Made by a program: the position numbers and the translations under genes. A DNA stretch of 64,000 bases from the human T2T-CHM13v2.0 reference genome, Homo sapiens. This document shows positions 39,399 to 54,200 of the stretch, piece by piece; the stretch's first letter is position 1, and every line of letters begins with the position of its first letter. Under the pieces are notes generated by a model. It was given only the letters and a program-made list of their open reading frames with translations, was not told the origin of the DNA and made no database searches. The stretch lies in assembly GCF_009914755.1 (NCBI RefSeq), contig NC_060943.1. One strand, 5' to 3'.

Positions 39399-41778
39399 GA
39401 ATTCTCAGTAACTTCCTTGTGTTGTGTGTATTCAACTCACAGAGTTGAACGATCCTTTACACAGAGCAGACTTGAAACACTCTCTTTGTGGAATTTGCAA
39501 GTTGAGATTTCAGCCGCTTTGAGGTCAATGGTAGAAAAGGGAATATCTTCGTATAGAAACTACACAGAATGATTCTCAGAAACTCCTTTGTGATGTGTGC
39601 GTTCAACTCACAGAGTTTAACCTTTCTTTTCTTAGAGCAGTTAGGAAACACTCTGTTTGTAAAGTCTGCACGTGGATATTTGGACTTCTTTGAGGCCTTC
39701 GTTGGAAACGGGTTTTTTTCATGTAAGGCTAGACAGAAGAATTCTCAGTAACTTCCTTGTGTTGTGTGTATTCAACTGACAGAGTTGAACTTTCATTTAG
39801 AGAGAGCAGATTTGTAACACTGTTTTTGTGGAATTTGCAAGTGGAGATTTCAAGCGCTTTGGGGCCAAAGGCAGAAAAGGAAATATCTTCGTATAAAAAC
39901 TAGACAGAATCATTCTCAGAAAATGCTCTGTGATGTGTGCGTTCAACTCTCAGAGTTTAACTTTTCTTTTCATTCAGCAGTTTGGAAACACTCTGTTTGT
40001 AAAGTCTGCACGTGGATATTTTGACCACTTAGAGGCCTTCGTTGGAAACGGGTTTTTTTCATGTAAGGGTAGACAGAAGAATTCCCAGTAACTTCCTTGT
40101 GTTGTGTGCATTCAACTCAAAGAGTTGAACGTTCCCTTAGACAGAGCAGATTTGAAACACTCTATTTGTGCAATTTGCAAGTGTAGATTTCAAGCGCTTT
40201 AAGGTCAACGGCAGAAAAGGGAATATCTTCGTTTCAAAACTAGACAGAATCATTCCCACAAACTGCGTTGTGATGTGTTCGTTCAACTCACAGAGTTTAA
40301 CCTTTCTGTTCATAGAACAGTTAGGAAACACTCTGTTTGTAAAGTCTGCAAGTGGATATTCAGACCTCCTTGAGGCCTTCGTTGGAAACGGGATTTCTTC
40401 ATATTCTGCTAGACCGAAGAATTCTCAGTAACTTCCTTGTGTTGTGTGTATTCAACTCACAGAATTGAACGATCCTTTACACAAAGCAGACTTGAAACAC
40501 TCTTTATGTGGAATTTGCAAGTGGAGATTTCAGCCGCTTTGAGGTTAATGGTAGAAAATGAAATGTCTTCGTATAGAAACTAGACAGAATGATTCTCAGA
40601 AACTCCTTTGTGATGTGTGCGTTCAACTCACAGAGTTTAACCTTTCTTTTCATAGAGCAGTTAGGAAACACTCTGTTTGTAAAGTCTGCAAGTGGATATT
40701 CAGACCTCTTTGAGGCCTTCGTTGGAAACGGGATTTCTTCATATTCTGCTAGACAGAAGAATTCTCAGAAACTTCCTTGTGTTGTGTGCATTCAACTCAC
40801 AGAGTTGAACGATCCGTTACACAGTGCAGACTTGAAACACTCTTTTTGTGGAATTTGCAAGGGGAGATTTCAGCCGCTTTGAGGTCAATGGTAGTAAAGG
40901 AAATATCTTCGTATAAAAACTAGACAGAATGATTCTCACAAACTCCTTTGTGATCTGTGCGTTCAACTCACAGAGTTTAACCTTTCTTTTCATAGAGCAG
41001 TTAGGAAACACTCTGTTTGTAAAGTCTGCACGTGGATATTTGGACTTCTTTGAGGCCTTCGTTGGAAACGGGTTTTTTTCATGTAAGGCTAGACAGAAGA
41101 ATTCTCAGTAACTTCCTTGTGTTCTGTGTATTCAACTGACAGAGTTGAACTTTCATTTAGAGAGAGCAGATTTGTAACACTGTTTTTGTGGAATTTGCAA
41201 GTGGAGATTTCAAGCGCTTTGGGGCCAAAGGCAGAAAAGGAAATATCTTCGTATAAAAACTAGACAGAATCATTCTCAGAAACTGCTCTGTGATGTGTGC
41301 GTTCAACTCTCAGAGTTTAACTTTTCTTTTCATTCAGCAGTTTGGAAACACTCTGTTTGTAAATTCTGCACGTGGATATTTTGACCACTTAGAGGCCTTC
41401 GTTGGAAACGGGTTTTTTTCATGTAAGGGTAGACAGAAGAATTCCCAGTAACTTCCTTGTGTTGTGTGCATTCAACTCACAGAGTTGAACGTTCCCTTGA
41501 ACAGAGCAGATTTGAAACTCTCTATTTGTGCAATTTGCAAGTGTAGATTTCAAGCGCTTTAAGGTCAATGGCAGAAAAGGAAATATCTTCGTTTCAAAAC
41601 TAGACAGAATCATTCCCACAAACTGCGTTGTGATGTGTTCGTTCAACTCACAGAGTTTAACCTTTCTGTTCATAGAGCAGTTAGGAAACACTCTGTTTGT
41701 AAAGTCTGCAAGTGGATATTCAGACCTCCTAGAGGCCTTCGTTGGAAACGGGATTTCTTCATATTCTGCTAGACAGAA

Positions 41779-43138
41779 GAATTCTCAGTAACTTCCTTGT
41801 GTTGTGTGTATTCAACTCACAGAGTTGAACAATCCTTTACACAGAGCAGACTTGAAACACTCTTTTTGTGGAATTTGCAAGTGGAGATTTCAGCCGCTTT
41901 GAGGTCAATGGTAGAAAAGGAAATATCTTCGTATAAAAACTAGACAGAATGATTCTCAGAAACTCCTTTGTGATGTGTGCATTCAACTTACAGAGTTTAA
42001 CCTTTCTTTTCATAGAGCAGTTAGGAAACACTCTGTTTGTAAAGTCTGCAAGTGGATATTCAGACCTCTTTGAGGCCTTCGTTGGAAACGGGATTTCTTA
42101 ATATTATGCTAGACAGAAGAATTCTCAGAAACTTCCTTGTGTTGTGTGTATTCAACTCACAGAGTTGAACGATCCTTTACACAGGGCAGACTTGAAACAC
42201 TCTTTTTGTGGAATTTGCAAGTGGAAATTTCAGCCGCTTTGAGGTCAATGGTAGAAAAGGAAATATCTTCGTATAAAAACTAGACAGAATGATTCTCAGA
42301 AACTCCTTTGTGATGTGTGCGTTCAAGTCACAGAGTTTAACCTTTCTTTTCATAGAGCAGTTAGGAAACACTCTGTTTGTAAAGTCTGCAAGTGGATATT
42401 CAGACCTCTTTGAGGCCTTCGTTGGAAACGGGATTTCTTCATATTCTGCTAGACAGAAGAATTCTCAGTAACTTCCTTGTGTTGTGTGTATTCAACTCAG
42501 AGAGTTGAACGATCCTTCACACAGGGCAGACTTGAAACACTCTTTTTGTGGAATTTGCAAGTGGAGATTTCAGCCTCTTTGAGGTTAATGGTAGAAAATG
42601 AAATATCTTCGTATAGAAACTAGACAGAATGATTCTCAGAAACTCCTTTGTGATGTGTGCGTTCAAGTCAAAGAGTTTAACCTTTCTTTTCATAGAGCAG
42701 TTAGGAAACACTCTGTTTGTAAAGTCTGCAAGTGGATATTCAGACCTCTTTGAGGCCTTCGTTGGAAACGGGATTTCTTCATATTCTGCTAGACAGAAGA
42801 ATTCTCAGAAACTTCCTTGTGTTGTGTGTATTCAACTCACAGAGTTGAACGATCCTTTACACAGAGCAGACTTGAAACACTCTTTTTGTGGAATTTGCAA
42901 GTGCAGATTTCAGCCGCTTTGAGGTCAATGGTAGAAAAGGAAATATCTTCGTATAAAAACTAGACAGAATGATTCTCAGAAACTCCTTTGTGATGTGTGC
43001 GTTCAACTCACAGAGTTTAACCTTTCTTTTCATAGAGCAGTTAGGAAACACTGTGTTTGTAAAGTCTGCAAGTGGATAATCAGACCTCTTTGAGGCCTTC
43101 GTTGGAAACGGGATTTCTTCATATTCTGCAAGACAGAA
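41779..43138 (+). repeat. Run of 4 D dimers (14-mer HOR variant)
   Basis: B dimers at 41099 and 43479 are 7 dimers apart. Confidence 0.8.
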
Positions 43139-46100
43139 GAATTCTCGGTAACTTCCTTGTGTTGTGTGTATTCAACTCGCAGAGTTGAACGATCCTTTAC
43201 ACAGGGCAGACTTGAAACACTCTTTTTGTGGAATTTGGAAGTGGAGATTTCAGCCTCTTTGAGGTTAATGGTAGAAAATGTAATATCTTCGTATAGAAAC
43301 TAGACAGAATGATTCTCAGAAACTCCTTTGTGATGTGTGCGTTCAACTCACAGAGTTTAACCTTTCTTTTCATAGAGCAGTTAGGAAACACTCTGTTTGT
43401 AAAGTCTGCACGTGGATATTTGGACTTCTTTGAGGCCTTCGTTGGCAACGGGGTTTTTTCATGTAAGGCTAGACAGAAGAATTCTCAGTAACTTCCTTGT
43501 GTTGTGTGTTTTCAACTGACAGAGTTGAACTTTCATTTAGAGAGAGCAGATTTGTAACACTGTTTTTGTGGAATTTGCAAGTGGAGATTTCAAGCGCTTT
43601 GGGGCCAAAGGCAGAAAAGGAAATATCTTCGTATAAAAACTAGACAGAATCATTCTCAGAAAATGCTCTGTGATGTGTGCGTTCAACTCTCAGAGTTTAA
43701 CTTTTCTTTTCATTCAGCAGTTTGGAAACACTCTGTTTGTAAAGTCTGCACGTGGATATTTTGACCACTTAGAGGCCTTCGTTGGAAACGGGTTTTTTTC
43801 ATGTAAGGGTAGACAGAAGAATTCCCAGTAACTTCCTTGTGTTGTGTGCATTCATCTCACAGAGTTGAACGTTCCCTTAGACAGAGCAGATTTGGAACAC
43901 TCTATTTGTGCAATTTGCAAGTGTAGATTTCAAGCGCTTTAAGGTCAACGGCAGAAAAGGAAATATCTTCGTTTCAAAACTAGACAGAATCATTCCCACA
44001 AACTGCGTTATGATGTGTTCGTTCAACTCACAGAGTTTAACCTTTCTGTTCATAGAGCAGTTAGGAAACACTCTGTTTGTAAAGTCTGCAAGTGAATATT
44101 CAGACCTCCTTGAGGCCTTCGTTGGAAACGGGATTTCTTCATATTCTGCTAGACCGAAGAATTCTCAGCAACTTCCTTGTGTTGTGTGTATTCAACTCAC
44201 AGAGTTGAACGATCCTTTACACAGAGCAGACTTGAAACACTCTTTTTGTGGAATTTGTAAGTGGAGATTTCAGCCGCTTTGAGGTTAATGGTAGAAAATG
44301 AAATATCTTCGTATAGAAACTAGACAGAATGATTCTCAGAAACTCCTTTGTGATGTGTGCGTTCAACTCACAGAGTTTAACCTTTGTTTTCATAGAGCAG
44401 TTAGGAAACACTCTGTTTGTAAAGTCTGCAAGTGGATATTCAGACCTCTTTGAGGCCTTCGTTGGAAACGGGATTTCTTCATATACTGCTAGACAGAAGA
44501 ATTCTCAGTAACTTCCTTGTGTTGTGTGTATTCAACTCACAGAGTTGAACGATCCTTTACACAGGGCAGACTTGAAACACTCTTTTTGTGGAATTTGCAA
44601 GTGGAGATTTCAGCCTCTTTGAGGTTAATGGTAGAAAATGAAATATCTTCGTATAGAAACTAGACAGAATGATTCTCAGAAACTCCTTTGTGATGTGTGC
44701 GTTCAAGTCGCAGAGTTTAACCTTTCTTTTCATAGAGCAGTTAGGAAACACTCTGTTTTTAAAGTCTGCAAGTGGATATTCAGACCTCTTTGAGGCCTTC
44801 GTTGGAAACGGGATTTCTTCATATTCTGCTAGACAGAAGAATTCTCAGTAACTTCCTTGTGTTGTGTGCATTGAACTCACAGAGTTGAACGATCCTTTAC
44901 ACAGGGCAGACTTGAAACACTCTTTTTGTGGAATTTACAAGCGGAGATTTCAGCCTCTTTGAGGTTAATGTTAGAAATTGAAATATCTTCGTATAGAAAC
45001 TAGACAGAATGATTCTCAGAAACTCCTTTGTGATGTGTGCGTTCAAGTCACAGAGTTTAACCTTTCTTTTCATAGAGCAGTTAGGAAACACTCTGTTTGT
45101 AAAGTCTGCAAGTGGATATTCAGACCTCTTTGAGGCCTTCGTTGGAAACGGGATTTCTTCATATTCTGCTAGACAAAAGAATTCTCAGTAACTTCCTTGT
45201 GTTGTGTGTATTCAAGTCACAGAGTTGAACGATCCTTTACACAGAGCAGACTTGAAACACTCTTTTTCTGGAATTTGCAAGTGGAGATTTCAGCCGCTTT
45301 GAGGTCAATGGTAGAAAAGGGAATATCTTCGTATAGAAACTAGACAGAATGATTCTCAGAAACTCCTTTGTGATGTGTGCGTTGAACTCACAGAGTTTAA
45401 CCTTTCTTTTCATAGAGCAGTTAGGAAACACTCTGTTTGTAAAGTCTGCACGTGGATATTTGGACTTCTTTGAGGCCTTCGTTGGAAACGGGTTTTTTCA
45501 TGTAAGGCTAGACAGAAGAATTCTCAGTAACTTCCTTGTGTTGTGTGTATTCAACTGACAGAGTTGAACTTTCATTTAGAGAGAGCAGATTTGTAACACT
45601 GTTTTTGTGGAATTTGCAAGTGGAGATTTCAAGCGATTTGCGGCCAAAGGCAGAAAAGGAAATATCTTCGTATAAAAACTAGACAGAATCATTCTCAGAA
45701 AATCCTCTGTGATGTGTGCGTTCAACTCTCAGAGTTTAACTTTTCTTTTCATTCAGCAGTTTGGAAACACTCTGTTTGTAAAGTCTGCACGTGGATATTT
45801 TGACCACTTAGAGGCCTTCGTTGGAAACGGGTTTTTTTCATGTAAGGGTAGACAGAAGAATTCCCAGTAACTTCCTTGTGTTGTGTGCATTCAACTCACA
45901 GAGTTGAACGTTCCCTTAGACAGAGCAGATTTGAAACACTCTATTTGTGTAATTTGCAAGTGTAGATTTCAAGCGCTTTAAGGTCAACGGCAGAAAAGGA
46001 TATATCTTCGTTTCAAAACTAGACAGAATCATTCCCACAAACTCGTTGTGATGTGTTCGTTCAACTCACAGAGTTTAACCTTTCTGTTCATAGAGCAGTT

Positions 46101-49100
46101 AGGAAACACTCTGTTTGTAAAGTCTGCAAGTGGATATTCAGACCTCCTTGAGGCCTTCGTTGGAAACGGGATTTCTTCATATTCTGCTAGACAGAAGAAT
46201 TCTCAGTAACTTCCTTGTGTTGTGTGCATTCAACTCACAGAGTTGAACGATCCTTTACACAGGGCAGACTTGAAACACTCTTTTTGTGGAATTTGCAAGC
46301 GGAGATTTCAGCCTCTTTGAGGTTAATGGTAGAAAATGAAATATCTTCGTATAGAAACTAGACAGAATGATTCTCAGAAACTCCTTTGTGATGTGTGCGT
46401 TCAACTCACAGAGTTTAACCTTTCTTTTCATAGAGCAGTTAGGAAACACTCTGTTTGTAAAGTCTGCACGTGGATATTTGGACTTCTTTGATGCCTTCGT
46501 TGGAAACGGGTTTTTTTCATGTAAGGCTAGACAGAAGAATTCTCAGTAACTTCCTTGTGTTGTGTGTATTCAACTGACAGAGTTGAACTTTCATTTAGAG
46601 AGAGCAGATTTGTAAGACTGTTTTTGTGGAATTTGCAAGTGGAGATTTCAAGCGCTTTGCGGCCAAAGGCAGAAAAGGAAATATCTTCGTATAAAAACTA
46701 GACAGAATCATTCTCAGAAAATCCTCTGTGATGTGTGCGTTCAACTCTCAGAGTTTAACATTTCTTTTCATTCAGCAGTTTGAAAACACTCTGTTTGTAA
46801 AGTCTGCACGTGGATATTTTGACCACTTAGAGGCCTTCGTTGGAAACGGGTTTTTTTCATGTAAGTGTAGACAGAAGAATTCCCAGTAACTTCCTTGTGT
46901 TGTGTGCATTCAACTCACAGAGTTGAACGTTCCCTTAGACAGAGCAGATTTGAAACAGTCTATTTGTGTAATTTGCAAGTGTAGATTTCAAGCGCTTTAA
47001 GGTCAACGGCAGAAAAGGAAATATCTTCGTTTCAAAACTAGACAGAATCATTCCCACAAACTGCGTTGTGATGTGTTCGTTCAACTCACAGAGTTTAACC
47101 TTTCTGTTCATAGAGCAGTTAGGAAACACTCTGTTTGTAAAGTCTGCAAGTGGATATTCAGACCTCCTTGAGGCCTTCGTTGGAAACGGGATTTCTTCAT
47201 ATTCTGCTAGACAGAAGAATTCTCAGTAACTTCCTTGTGTTGTGTGCATTCAACTCACAGAGTTGAACGATCCTTTACACAGGGCAGACTTGAAACACTC
47301 TTTTTGTGGAATTTGCAAGCGGAGATTTCAGCCTCTTTGAGGTTAATGGTAGAAAATGAAATATCTTCGTATAGAAACTAGACAGAATGATTCTCAGAAA
47401 CTCCTTTGTGATGTGTGCGTTCAAGTCACAGAGTTTAACCTTTCTTTTCATAGAGCAGTTAGGAAACACTCTGTTTGTAAAGTCTGCAAGTGGATATTCA
47501 GACCTCTTTGAGGCCTTCGTTGGAAACGGGATTTCTTCATATTCTGCTAGACAGAAGAATTCTCAGTAACTTCCTTGTGTTGTGTGTATTCAACTCACAG
47601 AGTTGAACGATCCTTTACACAGAGCAGACTTGAAACACTCTTTTTGTGGAATATGCAAGTGGAGATTTCAGCCGCTTTTAGGTTAATGGTAGAAAATGAA
47701 ATATCTTCGTATAGAAATTAGAAAGAATGATTCTCAGAAACTCCTTTGTGATGTGTGCGTTCAACTCACAGAGTTTAACCTTTCTTTTCATAGAGCAGTT
47801 AGGAAACACTCTGTTTGTAAAGTCTGCAAGTGGATATTCAGACCTCTTTCAGGCCTTCGATGGAAACGGGATTTCTTCATATTCTGCTAGACAGAAGAAT
47901 TCTCAGTAACTTCCTTGTGTTGTGTGTATTCAACTCACAGTGTTGAACGATCCTTTACACAGGGCAGACTTGAAACACTCTTTTTGTGGAATTTGCAAGT
48001 GGAGATTTCAGCCTCTTTGAGGTTAATGGTAGAAAATGAAATATCTTCGTATAGAAACTAGACAGAATGATTCTCAGAAACTACTTTGTGATGTGTGCGT
48101 TCAAGTCACAGAGTTTAACCTTTCTTTTCATAGAGCAGTTAGGAAACACTCTGTTTGTAAAGTCTGCAAGTGGATATTCAGACCTCTTTGAGGCCTTCGT
48201 TGGAAACGGGATTTCTTCATATTCTGCTAGACAGAAGAATTCTCAGTAACTTCCTTGTGTTGTGTGTATTCAACTCACAGAGTTGAACGATCCTTTACAC
48301 AGAGTAGACTTGAAACACTCTTTTTGTGGAATTTGCAAGTGGAGATTTCAGCCGCTTTGAGGTCAATGGTAGAAAAGGGAATATCTTCGTATAGAAACTA
48401 GACACAATGATTCTCAGAAACTCCTTTGTGATGTGTGCGTTCAACTCACAGAGTTTAACCTTTCTTTTCATAGAGCAGTTAGGAAACACTCTGTTTGTAA
48501 AGTCTGCACGTGGATATTTGGACTTCTTTGAGGCCATCGTTGGAAACGGGTTTTTTTCATGTAAGGCTAGACAGAAGAATTCTCAGTAACTTCCTTGTGT
48601 TGTGTGTATTCAACTGACAGAGTTGAACTTTCATTTAGAGAGAGCAGATTTGTAACACTGTTTTTGTGGAATTTGCAAGTGGAGATTTCAAACGCTTTGG
48701 GGCCAAAGGCAGAAAAGGAAATATCTTCGTATAAAAACTAGACAGAATCATTCTCAGAAAATCCTCTGTGATGTGTGCGTTCAACTCTCAGAGTTTAACT
48801 TTTCTTTTCATTCAGCAGTTTGGAAACACTCTGTTTGTAAAGTCTGCACGTGGATATTTTGACCACTTAGAGGCCTTCGTTGGAAACGGGTTTTTTTCAT
48901 GTAAGGGTAGACAGAAGAATTCCCAGTAACTTCCTTGTGTTGTGTGCATTCAACTCACAGAGTTGAACGTTCCCTTAGACAGAGCAGATTTGAAACAGTC
49001 TATTTGTGTAATTTGCAAGTGTAGATTTCAAGCGCTTTAAGGTCAACGGCAGAAAAGGAAATATCTTCGTTTCAAAACTAGACAGAATCATTCCCACAAA

Positions 49101-50956
49101 CTGCGTTGTGATGTGTTCGTTCAACTCACAGAGTTTAACCTTTCTGTTCATAGAGCAGTTAGGAAACACTCTGTTTGTAAAGTCTGCAAGTGGATATTCA
49201 GACCTCCTTGAGGCCTTCGTTGGAAACGGGATTTCTTCATATTCTGCTAGACAGAAGAATTCTCAGTAACTTCCTTGTGTTGTGTGTATTCAACTCACAG
49301 AGTTGAACGATCCTTTACACAGGGCAGACTTGAAACACTCTTTTTGTGGAATTTGCAATTGGAGATTTCAGCTGCTTTGAGGTTAATGGTAGAAAATGAA
49401 ATATCTTCGTATAGAAACTAGACAGAATGATTCTTAGAAACTCCTTTGTGATGAGTGCGTTCAAGTCACAGAGTTTAACCTTTCTTTTCATAGAGCAGTT
49501 AGGAAACACTCTGTTCGTAAAGTCTGCAAGTGGATATTCAGACCTCTTTGAGGCCTTCGTTGGAAACGGGATTTCTTCATATTCTGCTAGACAGAAGAAT
49601 TCTCAGTAACTTCCTTGTGTTGTGTGTATTCAACTCACAGAGTTGAACGATCCTTTACACAGAGCAGACTTGAAACACTCTTTTTGTGGAATTTGCAAGT
49701 GGAGATTTCAGCCGCTTTGAGGTCAATGGTAGAAAAGGGAATATCTTCGTATAGAAACTAGACAGAATGATTCTCAGAAACTCCTTTGTGATGTGTGCGT
49801 TCAACTCACAGAGTTTAACCTTTCTTTTCATAGAGCAGTTAGGAAACACTCTGTTTGTAAAGTCTGCACGTGGATATTTGGACTTCTTTGAGGCCTTCGT
49901 TGGAAACGGGTTTTTTTCATGTAAGGCTAGACAGAAGAATTCTCAGTAACTTCCCTGTATTGTGTGTATTCAACTGACAGAGTCGAACTTTCATTTAGAG
50001 AGAGCAGATTTGTAACACTGTTTTTGTGGAATTTGCAAGTGGAGATTTCAAGCGCTTTGGGGCCAAAGACAGAAAAGGAAATATCTTCGTATAAAAACTA
50101 GACAGAATCATTCTCAGAAAATGCTCTGTGATGTGTGCGTTCAACTCTCAGAGTTTAACTTTTGTTTTCATTCAGCAGTTTGGAAACACTCTGTTTGTAA
50201 AGTCTGCACGTGGATATTTTGACCACTTAGAGGCCTTTGTTGGAAACGGGTTTTTTTCATGTAAGGGTAGACAGAAGAATTCCCAGTAACTTCCTTGTGT
50301 TGTGTGCATTCAACTCACAGAGTTGAACATTCCCTTAGACAGAGCAGATTTGAAACACTCTATTTGTGCAATTTGCAAGTATAGATTTCAAGCGCTTTAA
50401 GGTCAATGGCAGAAAAGGAAATATCTTCGTTTCAAAACTAGACAGAATCATTCCCACAAACTGCGTTGTGATGTGTTCGTTCAAGTCACAGAGTTTAACT
50501 TTTCTGTTCATAGAGCAGTTAGGAAACACTCTGTTTGTAAAGTCTGCAAGTGGATATTCAGACCTCCTTGAGGCCTTCGTTGGAAACGGGATTTCTTCAT
50601 ATTCTGCTAGACAGAAGAATTCTCAGTAACTTCCTTGTGTTGTGTGTATTCAACTCACAGAGTTGAACGATCCTTTACACAGAGCAGACTTGAAACACAC
50701 TTTTTGTGGAATTTGCAAGTGGAGATTTCAGCCGCTTTGAGGTTAATGGTAGAAAATGAAATATCTTCGTATAGAAACTAGACAGAATGATTCTCAGAAA
50801 CTCCTTTGTGATGTGTGAGTTCAACTCACAGAGTTTATCCTTTCTTTTCATAGAGCAGTTAGGAAACACTCTGTTTGTAAAGTCTGCAAGTGGATATTCA
50901 AACCTCTTTGAGGCCTTCGTTGGAAACGGGATTTCTTCATATTCTGCTAGACAGAA

Positions 50957-51295
50957 GAATTCTCAGTAACTTCTTTGTGTTGTGTGCATTCAACTCACAG
51001 AGTTGAACGTTCCCTTAGACAGAGCAGATTTGAAACACTCTATTTGTGTAATTTGCAAGTGTAGATTTCAAGCGCTTTAAGGTCAACGGCAGAAAAGGAA
51101 ATATCTTCGTTTCAAAACTAGACAGAATCATTCCCACAAACTCGTTGTGATGTGTTCGTTCAACTCACAGAGTTTAACCTTTCTGTTCATAGAGCAGTTA
51201 GGAAACACTCTGTTTGTAAAGTCTGCAAGTGGATATTCAGACCTCCTTGAGGCCTTCGTTGGAAACGGGATTTCTTCATATTCTGCTAGACAGAA
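50957..51295 (+). repeat. D/C hybrid dimer (C not preceded by A-B)
   Basis: Starts GAATTCTCAG after a D dimer but continues GAACGTTCCCTTAGAC; local order is B-C-D-C-A. Confidence 0.85.
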
Positions 51296-54200
51296 GAATT
51301 CTCAGTAACTTCCTTGTGTTGTGTGCATTCAACTCACAGAGTTGAAAGATCCTTTACACAGGGCAGACTTGAAACACTCTTTTTGTGGAATTTGCAAGCG
51401 GAGATTTCAGACTCTTTGAGGTTAATGGTAGAAAATGAAATATCTTTGTATAGAAAGTAGACAGAATGATTCTCAGAAACTCCTTTGTGATGTGTGCGTT
51501 CAAGTCACAGAGTTTAACCTTTCTTTTCATAGAGCAGTTAGGAAACACTCTGTTTGTAAAGTCTGCACGTGGATATTTGGACTTCTTTGAGGCCTTCGTT
51601 GGAAACGGGTTTTTTTCATGTAAGGCTAGACAGAAGAATTCTCAGTAACTTCCTTGTGTTGTGTGTATTCAACTGACAGAGTTGAACTTTCATTTAGAGA
51701 GAGCAGATTTGTAACACTGTTTTTGTGGAATTTGCAAGTGGAGATTTCAAGCGCTTTGCGGCCAAAGGCAGAAAAGGAAATATCTTCGTATAAAAACTAG
51801 ACAGAATCATTCTCAGAAAATCCTCTGTGATGTGTGCGTTCAACTCTCAGAGTTTAACTTTTCTTTTCATTCAGCAGTTTGGAAACACTCTGTTTGTAAA
51901 GTCTGCACGTGGATATTTTGACCACTTAGAGGCCTTCGTTGGAAACGGGTTTTTTTCATGTAAGGGTAGACAGAAGAATTCCCAGTAACTTCCTTGTGTT
52001 GTGTGCATTCAACTCACAGAGTTGAACGTTCCCTTAGACAGAGCAGATTTGAAACACTCTATTTGTGTAATTTGCAAGTGTAGATTTCAAGCGCTTTCAG
52101 GTCAACGGCAGAAAAGGAAATATCTTCGTTTCAAAACTAGACAGAATCATTCCCACAAACTGCGTTGTGATGTGTTCGTTCAACTCACAGAGTTTAACCT
52201 TTCTGTTAATAGAGCAGTTAGGAAACACTCTGTTTGTAAAGTCTGCAAGTGGATATTCAGACCTCCTTGAGGCCTTCGTTGGAAACGGGATTTCTTCATA
52301 TTCTGCTAGACAGAAGAATTCTCAGTAACTTCCTTGTGTTGTGTGTATTCAACTCACAGAGTTGAACGATCCTTTACACAGAGCAGACTTGAAACACTCT
52401 TTTTGTGGAATTTGCAAGTGGAGATTTCAGCCGCTTTGAGGTTAATGGTAGAAAATGAAATATCTTCGTATAGAAACTAGACAGAATGATTCTCAGAAAC
52501 TCCTTTGTGATGTGTGAGTTCAACTCACACAGTTTATCCTTTCTTTTCATAGAGCAGTTAGGAAACACTCTGTTTGTAAAGTGTGCAAGTGGATATTCAG
52601 ACCTCTTTGAGGCCTTCGTTGGAAACGGGATTTCTTCATATTCTGCTAGACAGAAGAATTCTCAGTAACTTCCTTGTGTTGTGTGCATTGAACTCACAGA
52701 GTTGAACGATCCTTTACACAGGGCAGACTTGAAACACTCTTTTTGTGGAATTTGCAAGCGGAGATTTCAGCCTCTTTGAGGTTAATGTTAGAAATTGAAA
52801 TATCTTCGTATAGAAACTAGACAGAATGATTCTCAGAAACTCCTTTGTGATGTGTGCGTTCAAGTCACAGAGTTTAACCTTTCTTTTCATAGAGCAGTTA
52901 GGAAACACTCTGTTTGTAAAGTCTGCAAGTGGATATTCAGACCTCTTTGAGGCCTTCGTTGGAAACGGGATTTCTTCATATTCTGCTAGACAAAAGAATT
53001 CTCAGTAACTTCCTTGTGTTGTGTGTATTCAAGTCACAGAGTTGAACGATCCTTTACACAGAGCAGACTTGAAACACTCCTTTTGTGGAATTTGCAATTG
53101 GAGATTTCAGCCGCTTTGAGGTCAATGGTAGAATAGGAAATATCTTCCTATAGAAACTAGACAGAATGATTCTCAGAAACTCCTTTGTGATGTGTGCGTT
53201 CAACTCACAGAGTTTACCCTTTCTTTTCATAGAGCAGTTAGGAAACACTCTGTTTGTAAAGTCTGCAAGTGGATATTCAGACATCCTTGAGGCTTTCGTT
53301 GGAAACGGGATTTCTTCATATTCTGCCAGAAAGAAGAATTCTCAGTAACTTCCTTGTGTTGTGTGTATTCAACTCACAGAGTTGAACGATCCTTTACACA
53401 GAGCAGACTTGAAACACTCTTTTTGTGGAATTTGCAAGTGGAGATTTCAGCCGCTTTGAGGTCAATGGTAGAATAGGAAATATCTTCCTATAGAAACTAG
53501 ACAGAATGATTCTCAGAAACTCCTTTGTGATGTGTGCGTTCAACTCACAGAGTTTAACCTTTCTTTTCATAGAGCAGTTAGGAAACACTCTGTTTGTAAA
53601 GTCTGCACGTGGATATTTGGACTTCTTTGAGGCCTTCGTTGGAAACGGGTTTTTTTCATGTAAGGCTAGACAGAAGAATTCTCAGTAACTTCCTTGTGTT
53701 GTGTGTATTCAATTGACAGAGTTGAACTTTCATTTAGAGAGAGCAGATTTGTAAGACTGTTTTTGTGGAATTTGCAAGTGGAGATTTCAAGCGCTTTGCG
53801 GCCAAAGGCAGAAAAGGAAATAATTCCGTATAAAAACTAGACAGAATCATTCTCAGAAAATCCTCTGTGATGTGTGCGTTCAACTCTCAGAGTTTAACAT
53901 TTCTTTTCATTCAGCAGTTTGAAAACACTCTGTTTGTAAAGTCTGCACGTGGATATTTTGACCACTTAGAGGCCTTCTTTGGAAACGGGTTTTTTTCATG
54001 TAAGTGTAGACAGAAGAATTCCCAGTAACTTCCTTGTGTTGTGTGCATTCAACTCACAGAGTTGAACGTTCCCTTAGACAGAGCAGATTTGAAACACTCT
54101 ATTTGTGTAATTTGCAAGTGTAGATTTCAAGCGCTTTAAGGTCAACGGCAGAAAAGGAAATATCTTCGTTTCAAAACTAGACAGAATCATTCCCACAAAC

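Noticed and set aside
43908-44282. Longer 124-aa ORFs (also at 59885, 60904, 63623)
   Set aside because: Each arises from a single stop-removing SNV (TAA>CAA or TAT) that was copied with duplicated blocks; there is no sign of coding selection.
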